From the NCBI GenBank assembly GCA_051599415.1, contig AP039690.1:806001-870000 (forward strand): a stretch of DNA of 64,000 nucleotides. The letters run 5' to 3'. The notes under the pieces were generated by a model. That model worked only from the letters and a program-made list of their open reading frames with translations. It ran no database searches and was not told where the DNA came from. The position numbers were made by a program, and so were the translations under genes. Origin of the DNA: Savitreella phatthalungensis (lineage: Eukaryota). How positions within the stretch are numbered: the stretch's first letter is position 1; every line of letters starts with the position of its first letter. This document shows, one piece after another, positions 53,501-62,530 of the stretch.

Positions 53501-53588
53501 CCTGAATCTCCTGAAGGCGAGCTGCTGATGCGCTAGAGCTAGGTATGGCAGCTGTACCGGAGATGCTCTGCACCGTGGTTGCCGTCAT
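50550..53588 (-). CDS. STE11: MAP kinase kinase kinase Ste11/Byr2
   Basis: N-terminal SAM domain (WDESAVAEWLRSI..LKELGITKVGDRVRI), Ras-association region, RPPSELISSNL, kinase LIGQGSFGSV..MAVKQV, HRDIKGGN, KISDFGISKK, SLQGSVYWMAPEVV. Confidence 0.95.
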   Translation of the reverse strand: MTATTVQSISGTAAIPSSSASAARLQEIQAWDESAVAEWLRSINSAGYATVFVDNNITGKSLLDCDQQALKELGITKVGDRVRILSSIRKLRAQCFELRKTTSIASVLLAELPPSGSQSMPGSPARDSPSTPHHSASASISTTLRNSPAAHTSSSTTATSSTRTLQAPIQYSPKRVRSPGAADFGLRPAAGSTSLLSNCVRFIGEEGQTRIVNISDCVATEQILEKALKKFGLVESLTNNPEHRVANYCVFVANEGSPPRLLDAEDLLDVCRDPSIPERERLILSKLNTTPSIAEIKQSHKIAQEQQELLRSTAMVNNISKLKKIGGFFGDLPSHIRGDSQNGLPSPIGSPMAPGSSGSSHGLSGSARGPKARIKEFFGGRPPSELISSNLQDYFPDASTQMLEKTVRNSIRRSQRMSMVAQTQQLPTARMPLGRRYSNASALSVSSSLHAVPTVGDAWINSTAVPRPRRPGSIYRAPSLYSVKSRRSVQSKRSLIKHDSQSPDLPTHLLQKRSGGSITGNDSNPVSGDDDDDQKSDTTFKGDDGISASEDSDVVEDIDGDEEEYDLPDYLKEKLASTEAEDITLDARASLAGIDGSTDLVSSIRAAEDTGPSLWHKGMLIGQGSFGSVVLGMNALTGELMAVKQVDLPRTHGDRDAQSRNAQMLRALQREIALLRDMQHDNVVQYLGSNFDDTHLNIFLEYVPGGSVSKMLADYGAFKEPLVRQFVRQILAGLSYLHGRAIIHRDIKGGNILVDNKGVIKISDFGISKKVEADLLSADIGTVDPQNEERSTRPTFPASSQANAHHRPSLQGSVYWMAPEVVRHQRYTSKADIWSLGCLIIEMFTARHPYPDLDQMQAIFRIGGGGGGFTSSEALKSPTSHAGAEPLPLSEKSPSSASTVTPLRPSRLSREVVPDSSPSDQSHDMGDAAISTAAQGPSATNAASITDATSAGAREEQLLVIPTRSNPSAPTIPSIVSTEAKDFLARTFDDDLARRPSAAALLDHPFCHPSVA

Positions 53589-54498
53589 GGCTGAGCCGAG
53601 CAGATCAGGTTGAAGGAGATCGATAGTGCGCTATAATGTAGCAATGCGCATTCTTGGCGAGTCGAAGCAGACGCACAGCACAGATTATTGTCGCACTTGA
53701 TAGTGATCGTGCACAGTCTCAAATAGATCGTGGGATGACGTTGGGTGAGCTGTTAAGTCGAGCAAGAGCTGGATGACGACCTGACTCAGCAAGACTACGG
53801 TGCTTTGACGCTATGATTCCCGTCAGAGCCTGCTTCTCCGTGGATGTAAACGCGTTGGTCGCGACAACGGGTACACGATCACGCCTTGATCCACTCGATT
53901 TGTCGTAACCTCTTCTGTGAATATAACTAAGCGACGGTTGCTGTCTGGTACCAACGTTGAAATCGACGTCTATGTATGCATTCATGCAGTGCGTGATGCA
54001 TAACTTTATCAGGCTTCAGCTGGAAACAGCCCGATCGGCAATGAACCATCGATCCAGCCGCGGATCATGTTTTCTCCCGAAATACACACAGCCCAGCTCA
54101 GATTAAGATCAACTGAAATTCCGCAAAAGTCGATCGCTTATTTTGAATGGGTCCAATGTCCAACTGGGTTTGGATCGCAATGTACAGTTTAGGCTAGCTT
54201 GCATTTGAATTGCTCAATCTCTATGATTCATATATAGACTGAAATAGAATAGAATTAGACACTCAAAATTCAAATTATCCAAAGAATTAAGATAATTTAT
54301 AATTTATGGATGCAAAACTATGCTCATGGACTTTAGGCTTGACTCTGGAAGTCGGCTGGCATCGACTGATGCATCCGGCGGTGCATAATTATCGATCATG
54401 CATAGTACTGTACTTAAATTTCATCTGCCCGTCTTTTCTTTCAGCGTCCAAAAATTGAAATTCGATGTGGCGTCTGAAGTTCAGTGTCGTACATACAT

Positions 54499-55308
54499 TT
54501 ACTTCGAGAAGCTATTGAGCAGTTCCATATCATCCTTCTCCAATTCAAAGCCGTCGATGTCAAGATTCTTGCTCATACGATCCTTGTCTGCAGATTTCGG
54601 TAGTGGCACAAATCCACGTTGCACACTCCATCGTACCAGCACCTGAGCAGGACTGACCTTGTACTTGTCAGCCATCCGCACCAGGGCCGAGTCTTCCATA
54701 TTGCGTGCTCGAGCAAGTGGGCAATATGCTTCGAGTATTATGCCCTGCTTCTCGCAGTACTCAATCACACGGCGATCCTGTTTCCAGGGTGAGATCTCAA
54801 TCTGATTCACCACAGGCTCAACCCCAGTATCGAGATCGTAAATCTCCTGGATCTGCTCTGGCGAATAGTTAGAAACGCCAGCGCTCTTCAATTTGCCCTC
54901 TTTGACCGCTCTTGTCAGATGGCGCCATGACTCCTGACGTATTTCCTTTGTGTCAGCTGGCCAATGCAGGAGCATCAGATCAATGTAACCGAGGCCACAT
55001 TTATCAAGGGCTGCATCAATCGTCTTGCCCATTTTTGAGCCTTGTTCATCCTTCCACGCCTTTGTTGTGTAGTAAAAATCCTCTCTAGCGACACCCGTGC
55101 TGCCATTGTCTTTCTTGATGAAGTTGGTGATTGCCTGACCTACCTCAGACTCATTTCGATAGAAGCTGGCAGAGTCAAAATGGCGGTATCCGACCTCGCA
55201 CGCCGTAGTGAAGGTGTCAATCGCCTGCTGACCCGTCACTTGATAACAACCATACCCAATTGTTGGGATCTTGATAGAATTGCTCAGTTTCGTGCGAAGC
55301 GTGCTCAT
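54499..55308 (-). CDS. Aldo-keto reductase (2,5-DKG reductase-like)
   Basis: IPTIGYG, GYRHFDSASFYRNE, TTK, YIDLMLLHWP, GVSNY, VNQIE, IPKS-like PLPKS; start most likely ATG 55308 (another in-frame ATG lies at 55446). Confidence 0.9.
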   Translation of the reverse strand: MSTLRTKLSNSIKIPTIGYGCYQVTGQQAIDTFTTACEVGYRHFDSASFYRNESEVGQAITNFIKKDNGSTGVAREDFYYTTKAWKDEQGSKMGKTIDAALDKCGLGYIDLMLLHWPADTKEIRQESWRHLTRAVKEGKLKSAGVSNYSPEQIQEIYDLDTGVEPVVNQIEISPWKQDRRVIEYCEKQGIILEAYCPLARARNMEDSALVRMADKYKVSPAQVLVRWSVQRGFVPLPKSADKDRMSKNLDIDGFELEKDDMELLNSFSK

Positions 55309-55860
55309 GGTAGACTTTGAGTATGCAGACTCGGTAGCTCGTGATGAAGATATCTCGTGATGAAGATATTGATGGATGTGCTCTTGATGTGTCCTGTTCT
55401 TGCCCCGGCTTCCGGCTTGAGCACTTGACCGGCTCGTGGGATGCATTCGTACGTCATCGGGACTGAACTTAATTGGATCGGCCTGGCGGGATTCAGAAAT
55501 GGAATTATGTTGGTGTGATTCAACTCGTCTTCGATCCCGCACTATTCAAGATTGATACTCTTTCCAAGAGCCATATGCATATTGAGACCGACTTCTAACA
55601 GCAGGGTGATCAGGTCCATACGGATTAAGGAGTCCGAGAGAGGTCTTCATTTGTAATTTTCCATCTAGCCTCGCACCAACACAATTCTCCGGGTTGCCAA
55701 CTCCGCAGGTAGGAAGCAGTCAAGGAGCGTGCAGACAAAATTCAGCGCGGCCTAATAAAACCGTCATGTCGTGTCTTATAGTCACAGGGCATGATACGCC
55801 TCGATGGTGAAGCGATCACGGAATCCGGCCAGGACTAGCCCCGCAGCGAAGCAGGTTTGC

Positions 55861-56448
55861 TCAGCCGGTAAGCTTTTTGAGCCGCTCATGGAGCCGGTCT
55901 TCCTCCTGCTCCTTGACCTGATCTTTCGGTGCGCTGTTCGCGGCCATATCTTGCTTCAATTCCAATCCAGCCTCATCTGCAACCTTACTCATAAGAGCAT
56001 CGACCTCATCCGTTGGAAGACCCTGAGCAGTCGTGCCATTCATGGCCGTCTCCATGTAGCCAGCCTGGACGTCTAGGTCCTCGAATTGCGACTCGAATTT
56101 GTCCATGACCATGGAAATTTGCTCCAGATTCATACTCGCCATAGCTCTGTCCATGCTCTTGACGACAGAGCCCATATTGCGAGTGACGCTTCGCATCGTC
56201 ACAGCCGTCTGCACTCGAGAGGCTACAGCATCGATTCGTGCTGATAAGCGCAGTAGATTCAGCTGTTCTTGTTGCTTGCGAATTGCAATCTCGGCATGCG
56301 TTCTTGCGATGTCATTATTACCAGCTTTGATAGCCTTTGATACGGCAGCAGTCTCGATCTTTTGCTGTTTGCCCGCTTTCGTACTCTGCGATTTGAGCTG
56401 TTTCGCTGTGAGCTTCAGCTGGAAGAGCGAGTTCTCCAGGCCGCTCAT
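55861..56448 (-). CDS. DID2: ESCRT-III protein Did2/Vps46 (CHMP1)
   Basis: [45 protein letters not shown]-terminal MIM-like LHERLKKL. Confidence 0.95.
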   Translation of the reverse strand: MSGLENSLFQLKLTAKQLKSQSTKAGKQQKIETAAVSKAIKAGNNDIARTHAEIAIRKQQEQLNLLRLSARIDAVASRVQTAVTMRSVTRNMGSVVKSMDRAMASMNLEQISMVMDKFESQFEDLDVQAGYMETAMNGTTAQGLPTDEVDALMSKVADEAGLELKQDMAANSAPKDQVKEQEEDRLHERLKKLTG

Positions 56449-56854
56449 CAGGAAGGATTGATCCCGGGGGGTATGAGCAACTTGCGAATAGGAGCTGCTA
56501 AACTGAAGCAGTCTGTCGACAGCACGACGTCAACTGTCACTTGGCGCAGTTCCAGTCCCTCGCACCGTATATGACGATTGTCTTGCGCAAGCGATCTTGC
56601 GCGGAAGACGTTGCGCTTGTCCTGGAAGCTTGGCGGTGTGGTCATCGCGATCTCGAAATGAACAAAATATTTGATCGCTCAATTCCGCGTGCATAATTTA
56701 GACGATTTGTGCATGCTCACGCGAATGGCTGGAGCATTAGGATTTGAACAGCTCTCCTAACGTGCTAATATACGAGCAAGACGTCATTATTGTATACTAC
56801 ACGGAATGTCTTGACAGCAGAGCATCCTAGCTCAAAGTTCTGATGCTCTGAGCC

Positions 56855-59800
56855 ATGTCGGAGGAGCGGGAGGATGTGAAGAGCGCCTTGCAAGCAGCAG
56901 ATATGGACCATGAGCTCGATGCTCTCGGTGTCAGCGTTGTCAGCCAGGACAAGCTCGAACGCAGTGTGGCCAAGCAGGCCGATCGCATGATCAACGAGCG
57001 CGACGAAGAGCTGGACCAGCGTCGTCTGGATCGTGCGCATAAGGAGCAATTGACACTCGAACGAAAGATCATTGGAATCGAAGAGCGTTTAGAAAACTCT
57101 CGCACTCAAGTCAGTGTCAAGACCAGTCTGCGCGAGCAGCTGAAGCATTCTCACGCCGCTTTACAGCAGGTCTTCAAGGATATATCAGACATTCGTGGGC
57201 GGATAGACGACCATGCGATACTGAAACTTGAGGGAGGAGCCGATGCGCCTACATCTGGTGATGAGTCCACAGGAAAGCTTGACAACGAGTCACACAGGGA
57301 TTTTCTTATACGTACTGGCAAAATCACGCCGTTTGCCAACTTGGACGGTCTCGATCGCTCCAATGCCATCGCCCACGATGCAGGGGAGGAGTTTTTGGAG
57401 TCGGCCAACAGGGATTCATTGTCACATCAGGACTTGCGCGAACCTGGCTTCGCACCAGCGCAGCCGCGGAAGCGGAAACTCAATTCGCCCGACTTAACAT
57501 CCTCAGCTCATACTACAGATACTGTAGACGAACGCAAAGACCTCGATAAGATATTTGACGATGAAAGCGCGACCTCAAACGAGAACGGAGCAGTTCGTCA
57601 GCAATCATCTATGCAAGATGAAGGTCTTTCGACCCATCGCGGCAAGCGGCGGCGATCTGGAGCTCTGAAAAAGGAAGATGATAGTGAGGACGAATACTTG
57701 CCCGATTCCTCAGATTCTATTCCCGGAAGCGCCGACTCATCCGACGAGGATCATCGAGTCGCGCGAGGACGAACGGCCGCCACATCAGCAGGGTCGATTG
57801 AGAGTGACGACGGCCTAAGCGAAAGATCTGACGATGAGCAAATGTCGACTGAAGATGTGGATGATGGCAATGAAGCGCATTACATCGCCCGTTTGGAGTC
57901 GTGGTCGAGGAATCGGCGGCGAGCGCGTTCACGCCAGGCAGCTGATACAGAATTGCAAGAAGAGGAAGATGCAGATGAATTGCCCGATGAAACACAGCAG
58001 CCTCATCCAACTGTTCCGTCGCTTTCGTTCTCTGGCGGCTTCAGAGTACCGGGCGACATTCACGCCTCTTTGTTCGACTATCAAAAAACTTGCGTTCAGT
58101 GGCTCTGGGAACTTCATTCTCAGGGCTGCGGTGGCATCATCGGCGACGAGATGGGCCTTGGTAAAACTGTCCAGATCATTTCTTTCATCGCGGGATTGCA
58201 GCATTCGGGTATGCTGCGAGGTCCAGTGCTCGTCGTTGCGCCAGCGACAGTCCTAAAGATGTGGGTTAAGGAATTTCATAGGTGGTGGCCGCCTTTGAGG
58301 ATTTGTATTCTACACTCATCAGGTGAAGCCGCAAAAAAGGGCAATAACGCGAGAGCAGAGACTCGCAAAGTGCTCAATCGCGTTGTCAAAGATGGCCACG
58401 TACTTGTCACGACTTACTCAGGTCTAACGACCTACAAGGAGCTCATCGACCCGGTTTCCTGGAGTTATGCCATCCTGGATGAAGGGCACAAAATCCGCAA
58501 TCCGGACAGTGAAGTTTCCTTGGCTGCTAAGCAACTGAAGACGGTCCATCGCATCATCCTCAGCGGCACTCCGATACAGAACAATTTGACAGAACTCTGG
58601 TCTCTCTTCGACTTTGTCTTTCCCGGTCGACTCGGGACCTTACCTATCTTTCAGGCGCAATTCGCGCTGCCAATTAACATCGGAGGTTACGCCAATGCGA
58701 GTAATGTGCAAGTGCAAACAGCATACAAGTGTGCTTGCGTCCTTCGAGACCTGATCAACCCTTACTTGCTACGACGCATGAAAGCTGATGTTGCCGCGGA
58801 TCTTCCCTCAAAATCTGAACAGGTTCTGTTTTGTAAGCTCACGTCTGTACAGCGGCGTGAGTATGAACTTTTCCTCAGTAGTGCGGATATGTCTTCCATT
58901 TTGGATGGCAAGCGTCAGGTGCTCTTCGGCGTGGACGTTCTGCGGAAGATTTGCAATCATCCTGACCTTGTACAGCGCGAACATCTGCTCAGGCGTGGGA
59001 GTAAATACTCGTACGGCGATCCTAGTAAAAGTGGCAAAATGCAGGTTCTGAAAGCATTGATCGAGCTCTGGAAACAGCACGGTCATCGTACGCTCATCTT
59101 TTCACAGGGGAGACAAATGCTCGACATTCTCGAAACCTTTGTCTCATCACTGCAAAACGTACGATATTGCCGCATGGATGGGACGACCCCAATCGCTCGG
59201 CGCCAGCAGCTCGTCGACGACTTCAACAACGACGCCTCCTATCATGTGTTCCTCCTCACCACGCGCGTTGGAGGACTTGGAGTGAATCTTACCGGTGCCG
59301 ATCGGGTCATCATCTTTGATCCCGATTGGAATCCATCGACGGACGTCCAGGCACGTGAGCGAGCATGGCGTCTTGGTCAAAAGAAGGACGTGACTATATA
59401 CCGCTTGATGACAAGTGGCACGATCGAGGAGAAGATATATCATCGTCAGATCTTCAAACAGTTTCTAACAAACAAGATTCTCAAAGACCCGAAGCAGCGT
59501 CGCTTCTTCAAGACGAATGATCTGCATGACCTTTTCTCGCTCGGGTCGGAGGATTTTGACGGCACAGAGACCGGGGACATGTTTGAGGGCACCGAGCGTA
59601 GGGTACAGCCAGATAAGGATTGCGAGGACTCTGATGATAAGCTGCTGCCAACGACAGCTGAGCTCAGACAAGGGCAAGCGAGTTCCGCGAATGATGCAAG
59701 GGCTGTACGAACTTTACAAGGCGTCGCCAGTGTCAGAGAATATGCTGCGTCGGCAGCAGCTGGTATTCTGGACGCAAGTGAGGCAGATGTGAAATCGAAC

Positions 59801-60583
59801 AATGCCACAGGAACGGCTGCGAGCGAGCAGAATGTTTTGTCATCGATCTTCTCAAGAGCGGGCGTCCAGTCTACCTTGCAGCACGATGCGATCATGGAAG
59901 CCGCGCGCCCAGAGCAGCTTCTTGTGACTCGGGAGGCCGATAGGATAGCGCGGGAAGCCGCTGAAGCCCTCAAAAGAAGCCGTCGCGATGCCAGGCGCGG
60001 TGTCGGCGTTGGTGTCCCGACCTGGACTGGCCGTTTTGGAAACAATCCTCAAGCGCGCGAAGCCAGCTCAGACCGCAGCTCAAGTCGCGGAATCAGCCCT
60101 GTCAGTGGCTCGACCCGACGTGTCGAGCCTGCCGGAGATTCCCCTCTATCACGATTGTCATCTCCAGCTCGCCAAGTCTTAGGCTTTCAATTCAACCGCG
60201 CTGGCCCTAAGCAGGCCAATTCATCTGCGAGCTTGCTGGCTGGCATGGCCCGTCGACGAGAGCAGGCCGGCGAGGTCAAGAATGAACACTCTGAGTCTCG
60301 GCCGCATTCTCGAAGTGCTGCGCTGGAGACTCGTCTGGAACATGCACGGGAAGCCGCTGTACTGCAACGACTAGCGGACTTCATCGTCTCACGAGAATCG
60401 CCCCACCGTGGCGGAGCCGGACCAACATCACAGGAGGTCGTCGACCATTTTGCGTCTGAGATAGAGGGCACTGAAGCCGTTGCAGTCTTCAAGCGTATGC
60501 TGCGTACCGTCGCTGAGCAGCGTCGACCTGCGGGCAGTGCCAGCGCACCGGCGCGCTGGCGAGTAAAGGACGAGTATAGGTGA
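56855..60583 (+). CDS. RAD26: Transcription-coupled repair SNF2 ATPase Rad26/Rhp26 (CSB)
   Basis: LIRTGKITPF, GGIIGDEMGLGKT, LDEGHKIRNP, SGTPIQNNLTELWSL, FDPDWNPSTDVQARERAWRLGQ, C-terminal FKRMLR..WRVK. Confidence 0.96.
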   Translation: MSEEREDVKSALQAADMDHELDALGVSVVSQDKLERSVAKQADRMINERDEELDQRRLDRAHKEQLTLERKIIGIEERLENSRTQVSVKTSLREQLKHSHAALQQVFKDISDIRGRIDDHAILKLEGGADAPTSGDESTGKLDNESHRDFLIRTGKITPFANLDGLDRSNAIAHDAGEEFLESANRDSLSHQDLREPGFAPAQPRKRKLNSPDLTSSAHTTDTVDERKDLDKIFDDESATSNENGAVRQQSSMQDEGLSTHRGKRRRSGALKKEDDSEDEYLPDSSDSIPGSADSSDEDHRVARGRTAATSAGSIESDDGLSERSDDEQMSTEDVDDGNEAHYIARLESWSRNRRRARSRQAADTELQEEEDADELPDETQQPHPTVPSLSFSGGFRVPGDIHASLFDYQKTCVQWLWELHSQGCGGIIGDEMGLGKTVQIISFIAGLQHSGMLRGPVLVVAPATVLKMWVKEFHRWWPPLRICILHSSGEAAKKGNNARAETRKVLNRVVKDGHVLVTTYSGLTTYKELIDPVSWSYAILDEGHKIRNPDSEVSLAAKQLKTVHRIILSGTPIQNNLTELWSLFDFVFPGRLGTLPIFQAQFALPINIGGYANASNVQVQTAYKCACVLRDLINPYLLRRMKADVAADLPSKSEQVLFCKLTSVQRREYELFLSSADMSSILDGKRQVLFGVDVLRKICNHPDLVQREHLLRRGSKYSYGDPSKSGKMQVLKALIELWKQHGHRTLIFSQGRQMLDILETFVSSLQNVRYCRMDGTTPIARRQQLVDDFNNDASYHVFLLTTRVGGLGVNLTGADRVIIFDPDWNPSTDVQARERAWRLGQKKDVTIYRLMTSGTIEEKIYHRQIFKQFLTNKILKDPKQRRFFKTNDLHDLFSLGSEDFDGTETGDMFEGTERRVQPDKDCEDSDDKLLPTTAELRQGQASSANDARAVRTLQGVASVREYAASAAAGILDASEADVKSNNATGTAASEQNVLSSIFSRAGVQSTLQHDAIMEAARPEQLLVTREADRIAREAAEALKRSRRDARRGVGVGVPTWTGRFGNNPQAREASSDRSSSRGISPVSGSTRRVEPAGDSPLSRLSSPARQVLGFQFNRAGPKQANSSASLLAGMARRREQAGEVKNEHSESRPHSRSAALETRLEHAREAAVLQRLADFIVSRESPHRGGAGPTSQEVVDHFASEIEGTEAVAVFKRMLRTVAEQRRPAGSASAPARWRVKDEYR

Positions 60584-60715
60584 GAGTATCTAATGTAGTT
60601 CACGACCCATGAAAATCAACGCTTGCGAGGAAACTGTAACAAAATGGAGATATCTACAAGCGCGGGACGTCCTTTGTCTAGAAGGTGCTCTGAGCCCTGA
60701 GTGTCACGTTGTAAC

Positions 60716-61978
60716 TTACTTTGAGCCACCGTAAACAGCGACGACCATTGCGTGGTCTCGCTCGTATGGCTCAAGAGTAAGTTGCTCCTTTGGCTTGATT
60801 CCATCTGCACGCAATTTCTGGACTTCCTGTGCAAAGACTGCTGCCGGATCGGCGGTCGAGTCGATACACGAAGCCTTAATAGAGATGACAACACCGCCGC
60901 CAATCTTGAGGAACATGTGAGCGTTCAAAGCGGCAATACGTGCCTGGTCCGGCTGTGCGACATCGAGGAACACACAGTCGACCATGCCGACGAGCATGCG
61001 GTACTTTTGTGGGTGACGGGCATCCTCAACGATGGGGATGACGTTAGTGCGCTTCTTAGCCATGTTGATCAGGTCGCGGCCGGAGCGGTGAGAGAACTCG
61101 ACGGCGTAGACGAGGCCTTCAGGGCCGACGAGGTCGGCGACGTGGGAGACCGATGTGCCGGAAGCCGCACCGAGGTAGAGAACCTTCTTTCCAGGTGCGA
61201 TGAAGATCTGGTCAAGACCTCCGAGCACACCGGCAGCAAGCTTTGAACGGAAAGGGTTCCAGACACGGTACTCAACCTTGGTACCTTCCGCTCCCTCGAC
61301 AGAGATACGTTTTTCGTTGTAGACTGACTCTCCAGGGGTAAGATTCTTGGTCACGAGCATGTCCTCCTTGCCACGAGCGATGAAGATGCCGGCGTGCCTG
61401 TGAGGTTCGATGATGACCTTGGCACCGCCCTTGGCAGCTCCTCCACGACCGCCGCCGCGACCGCCGCGAGCACCACCGCCACCACGTCCACCACGTCCCG
61501 GAGGTCCTAATATATATGTCAGAAATGCCATGCAAAGAGAAGAAGAAATCAAGCTTACCTCCACGTCCACGGCTTCCGAGACCGCCACGGCCTCCGCGCG
61601 GGGTGAAACCACCTCTACCGCCTCCAGGAGCGCCACCACCAAAGCCACCACGGCCTCCTCCACGGCCACCACCGCTGAATCCTCCTCGTCTGTGAAAAGA
61701 AAATTTTGTCAGGACCCGTGCGATACATGTACACGCTTCTGAACTGTGGCTGTCACCATCGAAGAAGGGTCGAATCGTTGAAGCACATCCATCCCAAGCA
61801 AGATACTCTGTCGGTATCTATGCAGACATGGACCACGCTTGACGATGTCGGGTTGGATTCTTCATCGTCCGACCAATCCGCAATGACAGAAGAGTTTTCG
61901 AACGAGCGTAAGAGTCAGAAATTGTTGTGCTTACCCTCCTCGAGGCGTGAATCCTCCTCGTCCTCCTCGTCCAGACAT
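60716..61978 (-). CDS. NOP1: Fibrillarin (rRNA 2'-O-methyltransferase); three exons 61978-61935, 61689-61559, 61506-60716
   Basis: [42 protein letters not shown]. The GAR N-terminus [14 protein letters not shown] is restored in frame by removing two introns (61934-61690 and 61558-61507), each GTAAGC...CTGAC...YAG; 44+131+791 nt = 322 codons including the stop. Confidence 0.95.
61725..61890 (-). ncRNA. Candidate intronic H/ACA snoRNA in NOP1 intron 1
   Basis: Hairpin TCTGTC/GACAGA with inner TGCGGA/TCTGCA and GACGATG/CATCGTC stems, H-box AGAGTA (61809-61804), second stem GTGCTTC/GAAGCGT followed by ACA (61730-61728). No target identified. Confidence 0.5.
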
Positions 61979-62530
61979 GCTTAGTGGATGAGTATCGGTA
62001 TGTGAATGAACTGTACTGTCCTCTTATGTTGCAGTCCAGGTGTTGTATCTCAAGATGATCCTTTTCCTGTGGATTGTGCCTGTCGCGGTGGCACGAGGGC
62101 GAACAAATGAATTTTGATGCTGAGTTGTAAAGCACGTGTTTATTATGCTTGAAATCACGTGAACAGGACGATGACACATAGGTGCACTGCATAGAATGGC
62201 AAACCGGGTCAACGCCAAGACTACCAGCAACAGAGCCTACTTACTGTAGCTTCATTGGAAAGTTGTCAAAACGCGTAGGCCGCGATTCTACTCTCTTTCT
62301 CTCTTCGACCGAGTTCCTCGTTCATCTGCACTCGATATCATCCACCAAACCATCCATCCCAACTCACCTGTTACAGTCAAAGTATCTATCGAGACAAGCC
62401 TTCAATCACTTTGTGACTTTCACACGTGAGGTATCAGACGAGCAGACGAGCTAAGCTTCATTTGTCTGCGAGAACTTCTGATCTCCTAAACCTAGTACCT
62501 TTGTGCGTACATCCTGCCATCACACGAGCA

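Noticed and set aside
55341..55467. Possible C/D snoRNA (GTGATGA ... CTGA) on the plus strand
   Set aside because: The C-box matches come from the 16-nt tandem duplication; no terminal stem or recognisable rRNA guide; antisense to the AKR leader.
59446..60603. Long antisense ORFs over RAD26 (and similar ones over KGD1, CYB2, TOF1 and SWF1)
   Set aside because: Typical shadow ORFs of GC-rich coding sequence with no independent coding signal.
60716..61672. ORF-track fibrillarin N-terminus [13 protein letters not shown]...
   Set aside because: Artefact of reading through intron 2 into the wrong frame of the GAR exon; splicing restores the RGG repeats.
53850..62276. Single ACGCGT sites (4031, 53850, 62271)
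   Set aside because: Isolated 6-mers are expected by chance at this GC content; only clustered, ATG-proximal sites were reported.
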